A stretch of 64,000 nt of DNA from the NCBI GenBank assembly GCA_022605425.2, contig JAKIMF020000004.1:682001-746000 (forward strand), written 5' to 3'. The translations under genes and the position numbers were made by a program. The stretch comes from Hamiltosporidium tvaerminnensis FI-OER-3-3. Its lineage: Eukaryota > Fungi > Microsporidia. This document shows positions 1 to 9,031 of the stretch, one piece after another. Position 1 is the first letter of the stretch; every line of letters begins with the position of its first letter. The notes beneath the pieces are model-generated. The model was not told the DNA's origin. It worked only from the letters and a program-made list of their open reading frames with translations, and did not search any database.

Positions 1-2945
1 GTGTAGGAATCTACCCACTTCATTATGCCGTCTGGTGTAGTCATGGCCTAGCATTTTTTCACACCGAGAAGCTAGATGATCTACAGTCTTACCAGATTTA
101 TTGCAGTGTTGGCCCATACTATCTGTTCCCCAGAATACATCTCTATCCTGGATATAGCAGAACACAGCTTCATTTCGTGTCCTAATATTCCCACTCTTTA
201 ACCATCTTGAAGAGTCACTAACACTCACAAGCTCATTTTTTCTTGCCTTATATAACTTTGAATGAAGTTTTCGTTTTTCTATTTCGTTATATAGTTTTGC
301 AAGTTGAGCTTCTTCTAAACTTTTTTTAGTAACTTCTTCTACCAACCTTCACTTTACTTCTAAAAAGCCTTTAATACTAGTCTATACCTTTAGGATTGCT
401 TCTCGTCTAGATGATATTTTTTTACTTTTTTCCAGACAATCCAAGAGTTGCAGAAGCATATGTTCGCTTCGCAACTCAACACTATGTAGGCCTCTTCCAA
501 GTTCTGTTTTAGGAAGATACAAACGCTTTTTACATCCTGGGCGGAGATGTATCATATTCTTCACCAACACCGCAAGCACTGCATCATCTAACTTAGAGAA
601 GTCAGCCGGTTCAAGTCGAAGTACTCCTATGTAATAGTTGATTAACGATATCGCATGTTGATTGATTGCAGAAAATAAATTTTTTGCGTTTAATCTAGTG
701 TGACAAAGTCTTTCAACTCTTGATATAAGTTTGCTTTGTACTTCTTCAAATGCGCTACGTGTTGGAATTCCTCTGCAATCTTCTATTATCCCTAAATATT
801 TGTAAACACTAACACCTTCTAAAAGCGTAGCAGTATCGTAACAACACGTATCATCTGTAGCTGACTTCTCTTTGTTAATCTCTAAGCCAATCTTCTTAAA
901 AATTCCTTCGCCTCGCCTGTCATAGCACTCAATGTGGAGCCGTCTTTTGCAAAGAGCTTAATATCATCAATAAACAAGAGATGATTAGTAGAATGGGATT
1001 CTGCATCTGTTTGTACTGTCACTTTTGGGTATTTTTCATTAAGCTGTCGGCTTAATGGATCCATACACAACACAAATAACAATGGTGACAAACTATCTCC
1101 TTGCAGAATCCCTCTCGCAATCTTCTTGCTCATGATTTTTTCAGGCCCTACTGATATATCAATTTTCCATTTTGATATAATTACCTTAATAAATTTCAGG
1201 ATACAATCAGGTAAATTAAGGTTTTCAATGTATGGAGTTAAATAAGCATGGTCTATTGAATTATAAGCTTTTTTAACATCAATCCATGTTGCCTTAAGAT
1301 TGTTTCAGTACTCTTTAGTTAGCGCAATATTCAGTAAAGCCTACTCTTTCACACCCTGCACCCCCTATTACCGCCCCTAATTGATTTCCTGAAAGCCATC
1401 CTCGCCTTTCCACTTCAAGTTGAACTACTTTCTTTGCAACTTTGTCGTTAACTTATAGAGGTTAGACATACAAGTGATTGGCCTGTAGTCAGAGCCTCTT
1501 TGGGAAATTCCTTTTGGTATTAAATACGTAAGCCCGCAGTAAAACCAATCAGCTTGTGATGTTCCTTCTAAACATATAACTTTCACAATATCATAAATAT
1601 ATTTGTTAAGAGTTGTAAGTTTCTCAATGAAAAAATTGTAAATACCATCAATTCCAGCAGCTTTCCAATTAGGAAGCCAATTAATGATACTTACAAATTC
1701 ATCAAGTGAAGGAAACGTAGTCTGTTGCGCATCTGACACGAAAGGTATCAAATACTCATCAAACGTAACTACTTTATCATTTTTGTTCGACATTGTAGAC
1801 CAAAAACTCACAATTTTATCACGACTGACCACATGCTCGGATTCCACACGCTCAGATAACCCTCGATAAAATCGACCTCGGAAAAGCTCAAGCATACGAT
1901 CCTCTTTTCGGAAATGTTTCCTATTTTCATCCATCGTAAATTTTTTCTCGTAAACATCCAAAGGCTCATTCTTCTTAACTAAAGCCTCAGAAAGATCAGT
2001 TACACTGCTCAAGTTTAAATTAAACTCTCGCATGATTTTCTTAAGGCTTTTCGTTTCTGATGCGGAGATATTTTCCTGTCTACGAGTTTTCTCGAGAAGA
2101 TCTTTGGATAGTACCAATTTAGAAATTTTACTTTCTATATTTTTTTCCAAGCGGATCTAGGCTTCTCTTTACATGTTGCTTTTTCATAGCATACCTGCGC
2201 AGCTTGCATGATATACGCAGCGTCTGTAATTTACGCAGTTATATGAGCTTCGGCATGTTCACCGACTACTCGATTAATGAGATCTAGAACTTTATTAACT
2301 AATTTATCTGGATGTTTTCTAGTTCGGACCATAACCTCTCCAATTTCCTTCTCCGAGATTTCTTTGATTTTACTCAAAAATTTATCTCTCGGTTTATGTA
2401 CACCGCATTGTCGTTCAGGGTGCATGTATCAGCGAGGCTAGTGCGATTCTACGTCGCTCTAAATTATCTTCTGATATTACTTCCGTTCCCATCTCACTTT
2501 GTGCTAATTTTTTTTAGCACTTCGAGATTAGAGAGCAGCCGAATTTCTCATTATACTACCTGTGAAGCTCTGTCTAGCCATTTCTTGGCATTCTTTCAAA
2601 CCTTGTCTGTACTGCAAAAAAAAACAATTCGAGGCCATTCCTTTGGTTGGTTGTTAGAGGATCGAATATCATATATTATCCCATTAGCCTGTCACCTCCT
2701 AAAATTGCTATAGTAAAGGGGTTTGTCATGTCGTAGGATGGCTCGCACGCAGATATTTCAACCGAAGAGGGAAGTGGTGTATTAGGCGAAGGTAAGGTGT
2801 CAAACCCACTATTTTGCATTTTACTGCATGTTTAGCTTGGTGATGGTTGTGTTTTTTTTGTGTAGGAGGAGGAAGGTAAAGAATTCGCGCCCGGTGCTGC
2901 TCACAGTTTTGCCTCACATTCTCACTTTTATAATAAATCTCCAAA
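1..2945 (-). mobile_element. Decayed non-LTR retrotransposon (RLE-type, R4/Dong-like); 5' end in the window, 3' part runs off the left edge
   Basis: Minus-strand ORF fragments carry RT motifs NWKAAGIDGI, YRPITCMSNLYK, GILQGDSLSPLLF, HLLFIDD and RLYLPKTELGRGL, broken by stops and frameshifts. They are collinear with the 61281-63749 copy. A more GC-rich 5' leader lies at ~2700-2945. Confidence 0.92.
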
Positions 2946-3267
2946 AAAAATAAATTAAATTTAAAATATAAAAATTTTTCACATCAAACCTTATAATTTA
3001 CAATTCTTTATTTCTGACCGTTTCATTTAACCATCTTAAAATCCAAAAATAACTTTTTGTCACCAATATTAACCGAACCTTCTCAAATCTATACGTAAAA
3101 TTTTTCAATCAAGCAATTGATCCAACCCTTCTTTCTTTACTAATTTTAATTTTCTCATCACACATTAAAATAATAATCTTACTCTTATATCATATCCAAC
3201 CCACACTTACTCATATTGCCTTATCCCCCCATCAAATCAATAATTATTCCAATATCTTTTTATTCGT

Positions 3268-3299
3268 AAAAATTCTATAAAAAACCAAACCCTTTTACG
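3268..3299 (+). promoter_or_regulatory. Microsporidian-type core promoter/initiation signal (A/T tract plus CCC before ATG)
   Basis: aaaaattctataaaaaaccaaaCCCttttacgATG, with CCC at 3290-3292. CCC-like motifs just upstream of start codons are established for microsporidia. Confidence 0.55.
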
Positions 3300-5000
3300 A
3301 TGCTATGGTCATACAAATATAAACCCATTTATTTTAAAGATCTTTACTTTAAAGACAACCTTCACCTACAATGTGCCACATGGCTAAGCCAATGGACAAG
3401 AAATTCCTCATTTCTTATTCTCAGTGGTCCATCTGGTATAGGAAAAACATCACTAGCATACATTCTAGCAAATACCTATGACTTTAACATAATAGAAATA
3501 GACAATACCACAATAAAAGATATTCTAATAATTTCTAAAGGCATTTCTCTTAATAATAAGAAACATATCCTTATTATAGATGATATACATATTACTAGTA
3601 CTAGTAACACCCCTCATATTATCAATATACTTAATTTTCTGATTAAGAATAAAAGTAAAATACATTGTCCTGTTATTCTTATAACCAATGATTTATATTC
3701 AATACCTTTTAAATTTTCTAATAATTATTTTTTAACGGTTAATTTTAAAATACCGGGAAAAAGAGAAATAGAGGGTGTTATCAATAAGTGTATTGAGGAT
3801 AACAATATAACAATAGATTATAGGGCCTTTCAATTTCTTATAGAAAATAATACTGATATAAGAAGTGTAATTAACACCCTTCAATTACTGAGTACTAAAG
3901 ATAAGGATTATAAGAATTATAATGATAGGAGTATTATAGGGGGTGATAATAACAGTAATAGTAATCATAAGGGTGTTAGCAACTGTGATGATAAGCAACA
4001 GGCTGTTAGCAATAATACTAATGAACAAAGGGGTGTTGGTAACTGTAATAATAAGCAACAGGGTGTTAGCAACAGCACCAATGAGCAAAGGGGTGTTAGC
4101 AAAAATACTAATGAACAACACCCCGTTAATAAGCCAATTGATAAACAACACCCCGTTAATACCAGTATGATTATTAGTCTTACTGATGTAGAAAAATACT
4201 GTAAAATAACACAGGGAAATATTTATAAAACAGTAGAAAATATTTTCAGAAAAAAACTTGAAGGGTTTAAAGAATTAAATAATATTTATAAAGGCTTTGG
4301 TGATAGATTAAGTGTGGGTTGTTTCAATACCTATTTAAGTAAATATATTAATACCGAGGAAACGAACAAAGAAAACAGTAGCAACAATAATGATAGAAGT
4401 AATATAAATAATACTATTATAGATAATACTATAGGATGTAGAAGCAATATAAATGATAATATTATAGATAATACTATAGGATGTAGAAGCAATATAAATA
4501 ATACTACTATAGATAATACTATAGGTAGTAGAAATAATATAAATAATAATACAATAAAAGATAATTCTTTGCCTAAAAAAGACGGTAATTTACTGAATAA
4601 AATAATAAAAATAAGTGATTTTAATTTTTATTATGAAAGATTTCCCGAGGAATATAATTATATGTTATTTGGTACTTATAATACTCTATTTAGAGGTAGT
4701 ATGAGTGTAAGAGTAGATTTAAGTGTGAAGAGTAAATGTGTACATAAAAGAAAGGTGGGTCATGATTATTTCTATTATGAAATTGATCCGTATCTGAATT
4801 TGATAATTAAAAATGAAAATTTGGATTTTGAATATTTGAAGGAAATTTCTAGAAAATTTAATTTGAAAGATTTAAATATTTTAGAGAAACGGTGTTATGA
4901 AATTAAAGCAAAACAAAGGGTTTTTAAGTATAAATATAAAGAAGGTGTTAGTAAGGCAGTTAAGATTGTTATAAATAAAAGGGAATTGAATGGTATTTAA
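3300..5000 (+). CDS. CTF18: Chromosome transmission fidelity protein 18 (alternative RFC clamp-loader large subunit, AAA+ ATPase)
   Basis: 566 aa ORF with RFC box LWSYKYKP..F.DL, Walker A GPSGIGKT, Walker B LIIDD, PVILITND and DIRSVINTLQ. The C-terminal KYKEGVSKAVK resembles the Ctf18 (Y/F)xEGxSNAV tail. It carries two low-complexity repeat inserts. Confidence 0.85.
   Translation: MLWSYKYKPIYFKDLYFKDNLHLQCATWLSQWTRNSSFLILSGPSGIGKTSLAYILANTYDFNIIEIDNTTIKDILIISKGISLNNKKHILIIDDIHITSTSNTPHIINILNFLIKNKSKIHCPVILITNDLYSIPFKFSNNYFLTVNFKIPGKREIEGVINKCIEDNNITIDYRAFQFLIENNTDIRSVINTLQLLSTKDKDYKNYNDRSIIGGDNNSNSNHKGVSNCDDKQQAVSNNTNEQRGVGNCNNKQQGVSNSTNEQRGVSKNTNEQHPVNKPIDKQHPVNTSMIISLTDVEKYCKITQGNIYKTVENIFRKKLEGFKELNNIYKGFGDRLSVGCFNTYLSKYINTEETNKENSSNNNDRSNINNTIIDNTIGCRSNINDNIIDNTIGCRSNINNTTIDNTIGSRNNINNNTIKDNSLPKKDGNLLNKIIKISDFNFYYERFPEEYNYMLFGTYNTLFRGSMSVRVDLSVKSKCVHKRKVGHDYFYYEIDPYLNLIIKNENLDFEYLKEISRKFNLKDLNILEKRCYEIKAKQRVFKYKYKEGVSKAVKIVINKRELNGI
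3968..4170 (+). repeat. In-frame 30-bp minisatellite (QQGVSNSTNE / QHPVN decapeptide, ~7 units) inside CTF18
   Basis: GGGTGTTAGC-like or CCCCGTTAAT cores at 3971, 4001, 4031, 4061, 4091, 4121 and 4151, an exact 30-bp period. Confidence 0.9.
4395..4552 (+). repeat. In-frame 45-bp tandem repeat (RSNINNTIIDNTIGC x ~3.5) inside CTF18
   Basis: Units start at 4395, 4440, 4485 and 4530. Confidence 0.9.
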
Positions 5001-5229
5001 AGAGAGGGAAGGATAAGATTGTTAGTAAGGCAGTTAAGATTGTTATAAATAAAAGGGAATTGAATGGTATTTAAAGAGAGGGAAGGATAAGATTGTTAGT
5101 AAGGCAGTTAAGATTGTTATAAATAAAAGGGAGTTGAATGGTATTTGGAGAGAGGGAAGTATAAGATTGTTAATAAGGCAGTTAAGATTGTTATAAATAA
5201 AAGGGAATTGAATGGTATTTAAAGAGAGG
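4947..5229 (+). repeat. 74-bp tandem repeat (~3.8 units) duplicating the CTF18 C-terminal codons, stop codon and AATAAA
   Basis: GTTAGTAAGGCAGTTAAGATTGTTATAAATAAAAGGGAATTGAATGGTATTTAAAGAGAGGGAAGGATAAGATT starts at 4947, 5021, 5095 and 5169, and the units are nearly identical. Confidence 0.95.
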
Positions 5230-5350
5230 TTAAGCCTGTTATAAATAAAAGGTTGGATTTTTAATTTAGCAACGGGTAATAAATTAATTTTTTAAAATGT
5301 AAATTTGTTTACTGATTTTAGTTGAATAAAAATATTTTATAAAATAAAAA

Positions 5351-6078
5351 GTGGAGGGAGGATAACCACATAAAAAACTTTCTGCTTGGCAATGAGTGTG
5401 TGAAACTGGTGTGAGATCATTGTTTGGATTTTTGGTGGGAATAAAACCACACTACATCTTTGGTTGTTCCTTGGGAGTTGTTATGAGGAGGGGAGGTCTA
5501 AGAGATGGAGAAACTTTTTCTACAAATTTATTTGTAGTTTTTTATGTAACCAGATTGCAGACCGCAGCTTAACATGTAGGTAATTGCCATGTAAAAGCAT
5601 GGAAACCTAGCCTTGCTCACTCGGGTTAGAAGACTTAGCGCCTGGGAGATATAAAAATAAAAACCATATAAAGCCAGGAAAGCTAAGTAGCAGGTTATAC
5701 CTGTTGGTATGACATTGCACTGTCTAGGTGGACCCCATGTAAATCTCTGAAATATATCTTAGCTAGAAGTTTATTGGGTTCAGAAAGTGTAGAGTAAGTG
5801 GGAATGCTGCATAGTCTTGGGGGAGCCCAGGGGGGGCTTCGGCCTTCGATCACACTCCATGCAACGGACATTAACGAACTCCGGGCAACTGCCTCGCCTA
5901 GTAATTAGGTTCTACACACCTGGTAGATGAAAGGCTTTGGGACGTAGGTATCGCAGGGGTTACCGATGGAGTGTTGGGGTAGCAGTTATTTATGTTAAAC
6001 CTAGAACTGCGTTAATGTCATGAAAACAAATATAACACTTGCCACTGTTTTAAAAAAGATGTGATACTTTTAAATAAA
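5351..6078 (+). repeat. Structured non-coding element, type A copy 1 (putative ncRNA/SINE-like)
   Basis: Collinear with 46254-46663, 50250-50974 and 58175-58900. It starts GTGGAGGGAGGATAACC and ends TTTAAATAAA, is GC-elevated, has no conserved ORF and contains many hairpins including GGC-TTCG-GCC at 5835-5844. Confidence 0.9.
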
Positions 6079-7281
6079 GTAATTTAGTGTTTTATAAAAT
6101 AAAAGAAATAAATTCTTAGAAAAAAAAACTTTTATCATAGTTTTCATTTATTTAATGTTTAAATTATTTGCAGTAAGTTTAAAGATTTATCGTGTTTTGC
6201 GTGAAATATGGGTAAAACGGATTTGCAATTTTATACTTACTAATTATAAGATTGGTTTTTTAAATAATACTAATGGAATAAAATAAAGTGAATGCTATAT
6301 TTTCCAATATATTTCGTACATTTTAAACAATAGTTATAAGAGCCAAAAAATCGTGTGATTCTCGATTCTAAACACAAATAATACGTTAAATTATTGCTAT
6401 TTTAAATTTCAATAAGTTTTAAGGTAAAATATATGGTGATTGCTATGAAATACAAGTACAATAAATCGAGGTATTTTTTGACTAGTAGTGTATGAAATAA
6501 GAAGATTTTTGGCTTCTCCTAAAGATTTATAATCGTGTTTTGAAATCAAATCAGGTTATATTAATATTCAGTTATCAATAGTTCAAGGTGCATGATGTAT
6601 CTCAATATTGTTCGATCAGAGAGATCGCAATGAAATAGCCAAAAACCAAATCAGAGCTTGTTATCAACAATATCATATTAAATACACCAAAGAATGTACA
6701 TATTTTCGATTTTTATAAACGATATAATTCTATAGAATTTAGATAAATTTAACGGAATCATACTGCAAATTTTTTTTAAATTAGTTAAAATTCTACCAAG
6801 AAATTTAAGATTAGAATCATCAATCGATTCCAATGTTTTTCGAATTCTATAAATCAGAAAATGTAAATGAGAAACCAAACTTTCGAAATCGAAAAACAAT
6901 CCTATTCTATTGTATAACTGTATATAAATACTTTACTATTGAATTAAAAAAAGGTAATCTTTGCATTTAAAAACAGTGAATCTTTTTAAAAAAAATATTT
7001 TTTACGTATATTCTGCAGAATATATATTAGTGAATAGTTTAAATTTGGTAGGAAAATCAATGGCTGATTTAAAAACACGCAAGAATTCTATACAGATTTA
7101 TAATGGGTAAATATTCGTTCATTTTCTCTTTGTATTGTATTAGAATATGATGTTACTACGAAGAAAATAATAGAATTCGAAACATAAAATTGGTGTAATT
7201 TTAGAATTATTCCAAATTTTCGATTAGATTTCATCTTAGAGTCAAATATATAATAATTTCAGAAACCTTTGCTAAATAATA

Positions 7282-9031
7282 CACCCTCTGTCTGTAAATA
7301 GGGTATACATTTTAGCGATTTTTGTTGTCCGGAAATATGGTATACATTTGCGAAAAAATAAAATAAATCGAAAAATATATATGACAAGTTTATTATATTA
7401 CCTTTATTTGAACATTTTAATAAATATTAATGTAAATATTATAAAATTTGAAAAAAGAAATATTAATATTAATAAGTTCAATCGAAATTTGATTTGGCTT
7501 TATTGTATGCTTCTTTGGAATGTACATATTTTTCTAGCAGTTGACCTTAGAGACGAAGTTTTCCTTTACTTAAATGAGGTATTTTATAGCCATTTCCTCC
7601 ATCTGCTAACATAATTGACCCCATACATGCTTGCAATGTTGTAAAAACGTTATCGAGAGTATTCGCTTCTTATTGATGAAATGCATCTTGGACACAATTT
7701 ATTAAATCGTCAATTGTGTGTGGCGAAGCTTCATGTTGCAGCCATTGTATGGAGTTGAAAAAAACCTAAATCAAGAACATTTAAATCGGGGGTATTTGCC
7801 GGTTGCGCCTTAAATTTAATATTCCAGTCCTCAGCAGAACCAAGAGCGATAATATTTGCATCATTATCAGAAAAATAGGGTTTTGACTGTCTTGTTGTAC
7901 GTAAATTGTTTTATTTTTGTATGCTTCGGAAATTTAATTTAATTGCGGGAATTACATTATCAATGATCATGTTTTTGCAATGTACTGCTGTAACAGATTC
8001 CACATTTTCTGTTATCATTGTCCCTTTAGCCCTGTTCTTAGAATTTCTTTGAGCTGGTTCTTGATAAACAAATGGCCATATTCCAATTTTCCCATCAAAA
8101 TAAAGCTTTCGATGTGCATCATAGCGTGGTCGAGCTACTGCAGCCATGAACATTATTTTCGTAATAAATCGCTTACTTTTGCAGTTTCTCTCCGGTTTTT
8201 CTTCGTTTAACATTAAGTAATAAGAGCGCTTAACTTTAGTTAGATAAAACCACTTTTCATCAATGTGAACGTAGTCGTACAAATCATCAAAAAGCAAATC
8301 TCCATTATTAGCAAGATTTACTTTATACAAGCAAAATTTTAATCTGTCCATTTTATTTTTATCTGTTAAAGTTGGTTTAACTGTAGAAGATATTTTCTTC
8401 ATATACTTTCCCGACTTGAATATATCAAACAAAGTTTATTTTGGAATATAAATTGCAAAGGAAAGACTTGTGAGCGTTCCTCGACGATTTAATGGTGTTT
8501 TCTTATTTGCGCTAAATTGTTCGAATATTCTTTAGGTTTTCTTCCGCATCTTTTTTTCTTTTTTGAAGAAACATCGGCACATATCTTGCCCTTTCTGTAT
8601 TGAGTATGTGCTGCATGCCAAATTCTGTTAACGGTTAGCCGGGAAACGTGAAAGGCAGAAGAAATTTTGTTGATGGCACCGTATTTTAACTTATTCTCCT
8701 TCATCTGTTGTAATAATTTTTCTAAAATACCTTGACGTTGTTCCTTAGTTAACTGTTTATATTTTGAATCTCTTCTTTCCAAATTTAACAAATTTCCTTC
8801 ACATTTTCCATATTCGTCTTGCAGCGCTACTAATTTTATTTACCTCAAGAAACACTGATGTTTGAGCGGTAAGTTTTTAACTAAGAATGATATTACTTAA
8901 GACAAATATTTTAGGTTATATTATCAGGAATATGAACTATGAAATATCATGACAGTTGCCTATTTATTTTTTATATTCACGATAATCTACGGTTTTTTTT
9001 GAAATTATACCATATTACCGGACGGAGGGAG
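7282..9031 (-). mobile_element. Tc1/mariner DNA transposon, DD39D (plant/oomycete-type mariner), with both TIRs and TA flanks
   Basis: The right TIR (9006-9031) reverse-complements to CTCCCTCCGTCCGGTAATATGGTATA. The left TIR (7282-7307) is CACCCTCTGTCTGTAAATAGGGTATA, a 20/26 match. TA sits at 7280-7281 and 9032-9033. Confidence 0.88.
7560..8791 (-). pseudogene. Frameshifted DD39D mariner transposase
   Basis: Motifs HIDEKWFY, KSKRFITKIMFMAAVARPRYD, FDGKIGIWPFV, YVQQD and QPANTPDLNVLD. There are 39 residues between the 2nd and 3rd Asp after correcting a 1-nt deletion. An N-terminal HTH-like fragment lies at 8489-8791. The 3' limit is approximate. Confidence 0.88.

Noticed and set aside
2720-2945. 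HDV-like ribozyme at the LINE 5' end
   Set aside because: It is expected for some RLE elements, but I could not build the nested double pseudoknot by eye.
3885-4170. Alternative-frame and antisense ORFs within CTF18
   Set aside because: They are by-products of the 30-bp minisatellite.
4947-5229. CRISPR-like array
   Set aside because: The units are contiguous with no unique spacers, there are no cas genes, and the context is eukaryotic.
5345-5365. Twister-ribozyme resemblance: the head AAAAGTGGAGGG and the tail TAACACTTGCC (6033-6043) look like the two halves of a twister core
   Set aside because: The required P4 stem with a UCCC-AAGC-type loop is not conserved across copies, so no complete fold could be built. 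It is still worth a cmsearch on permuted sequences.
5555-5820. Group I intron-like Q/R/S words (GACCGCAGC, GTTCAGA, ATAGTC) in the type A element
   Set aside because: No convincing P7 pairing, no host exons, and two of the words are not conserved in copy 3 or type C.
5351-6078. Solo LTR, MITE or telomerase RNA interpretation of the repeat
   Set aside because: No TG...CA ends, TIRs or TSDs are seen, and there is no clear CCTAA-repeat template. It is not formally excluded without genome-wide data.
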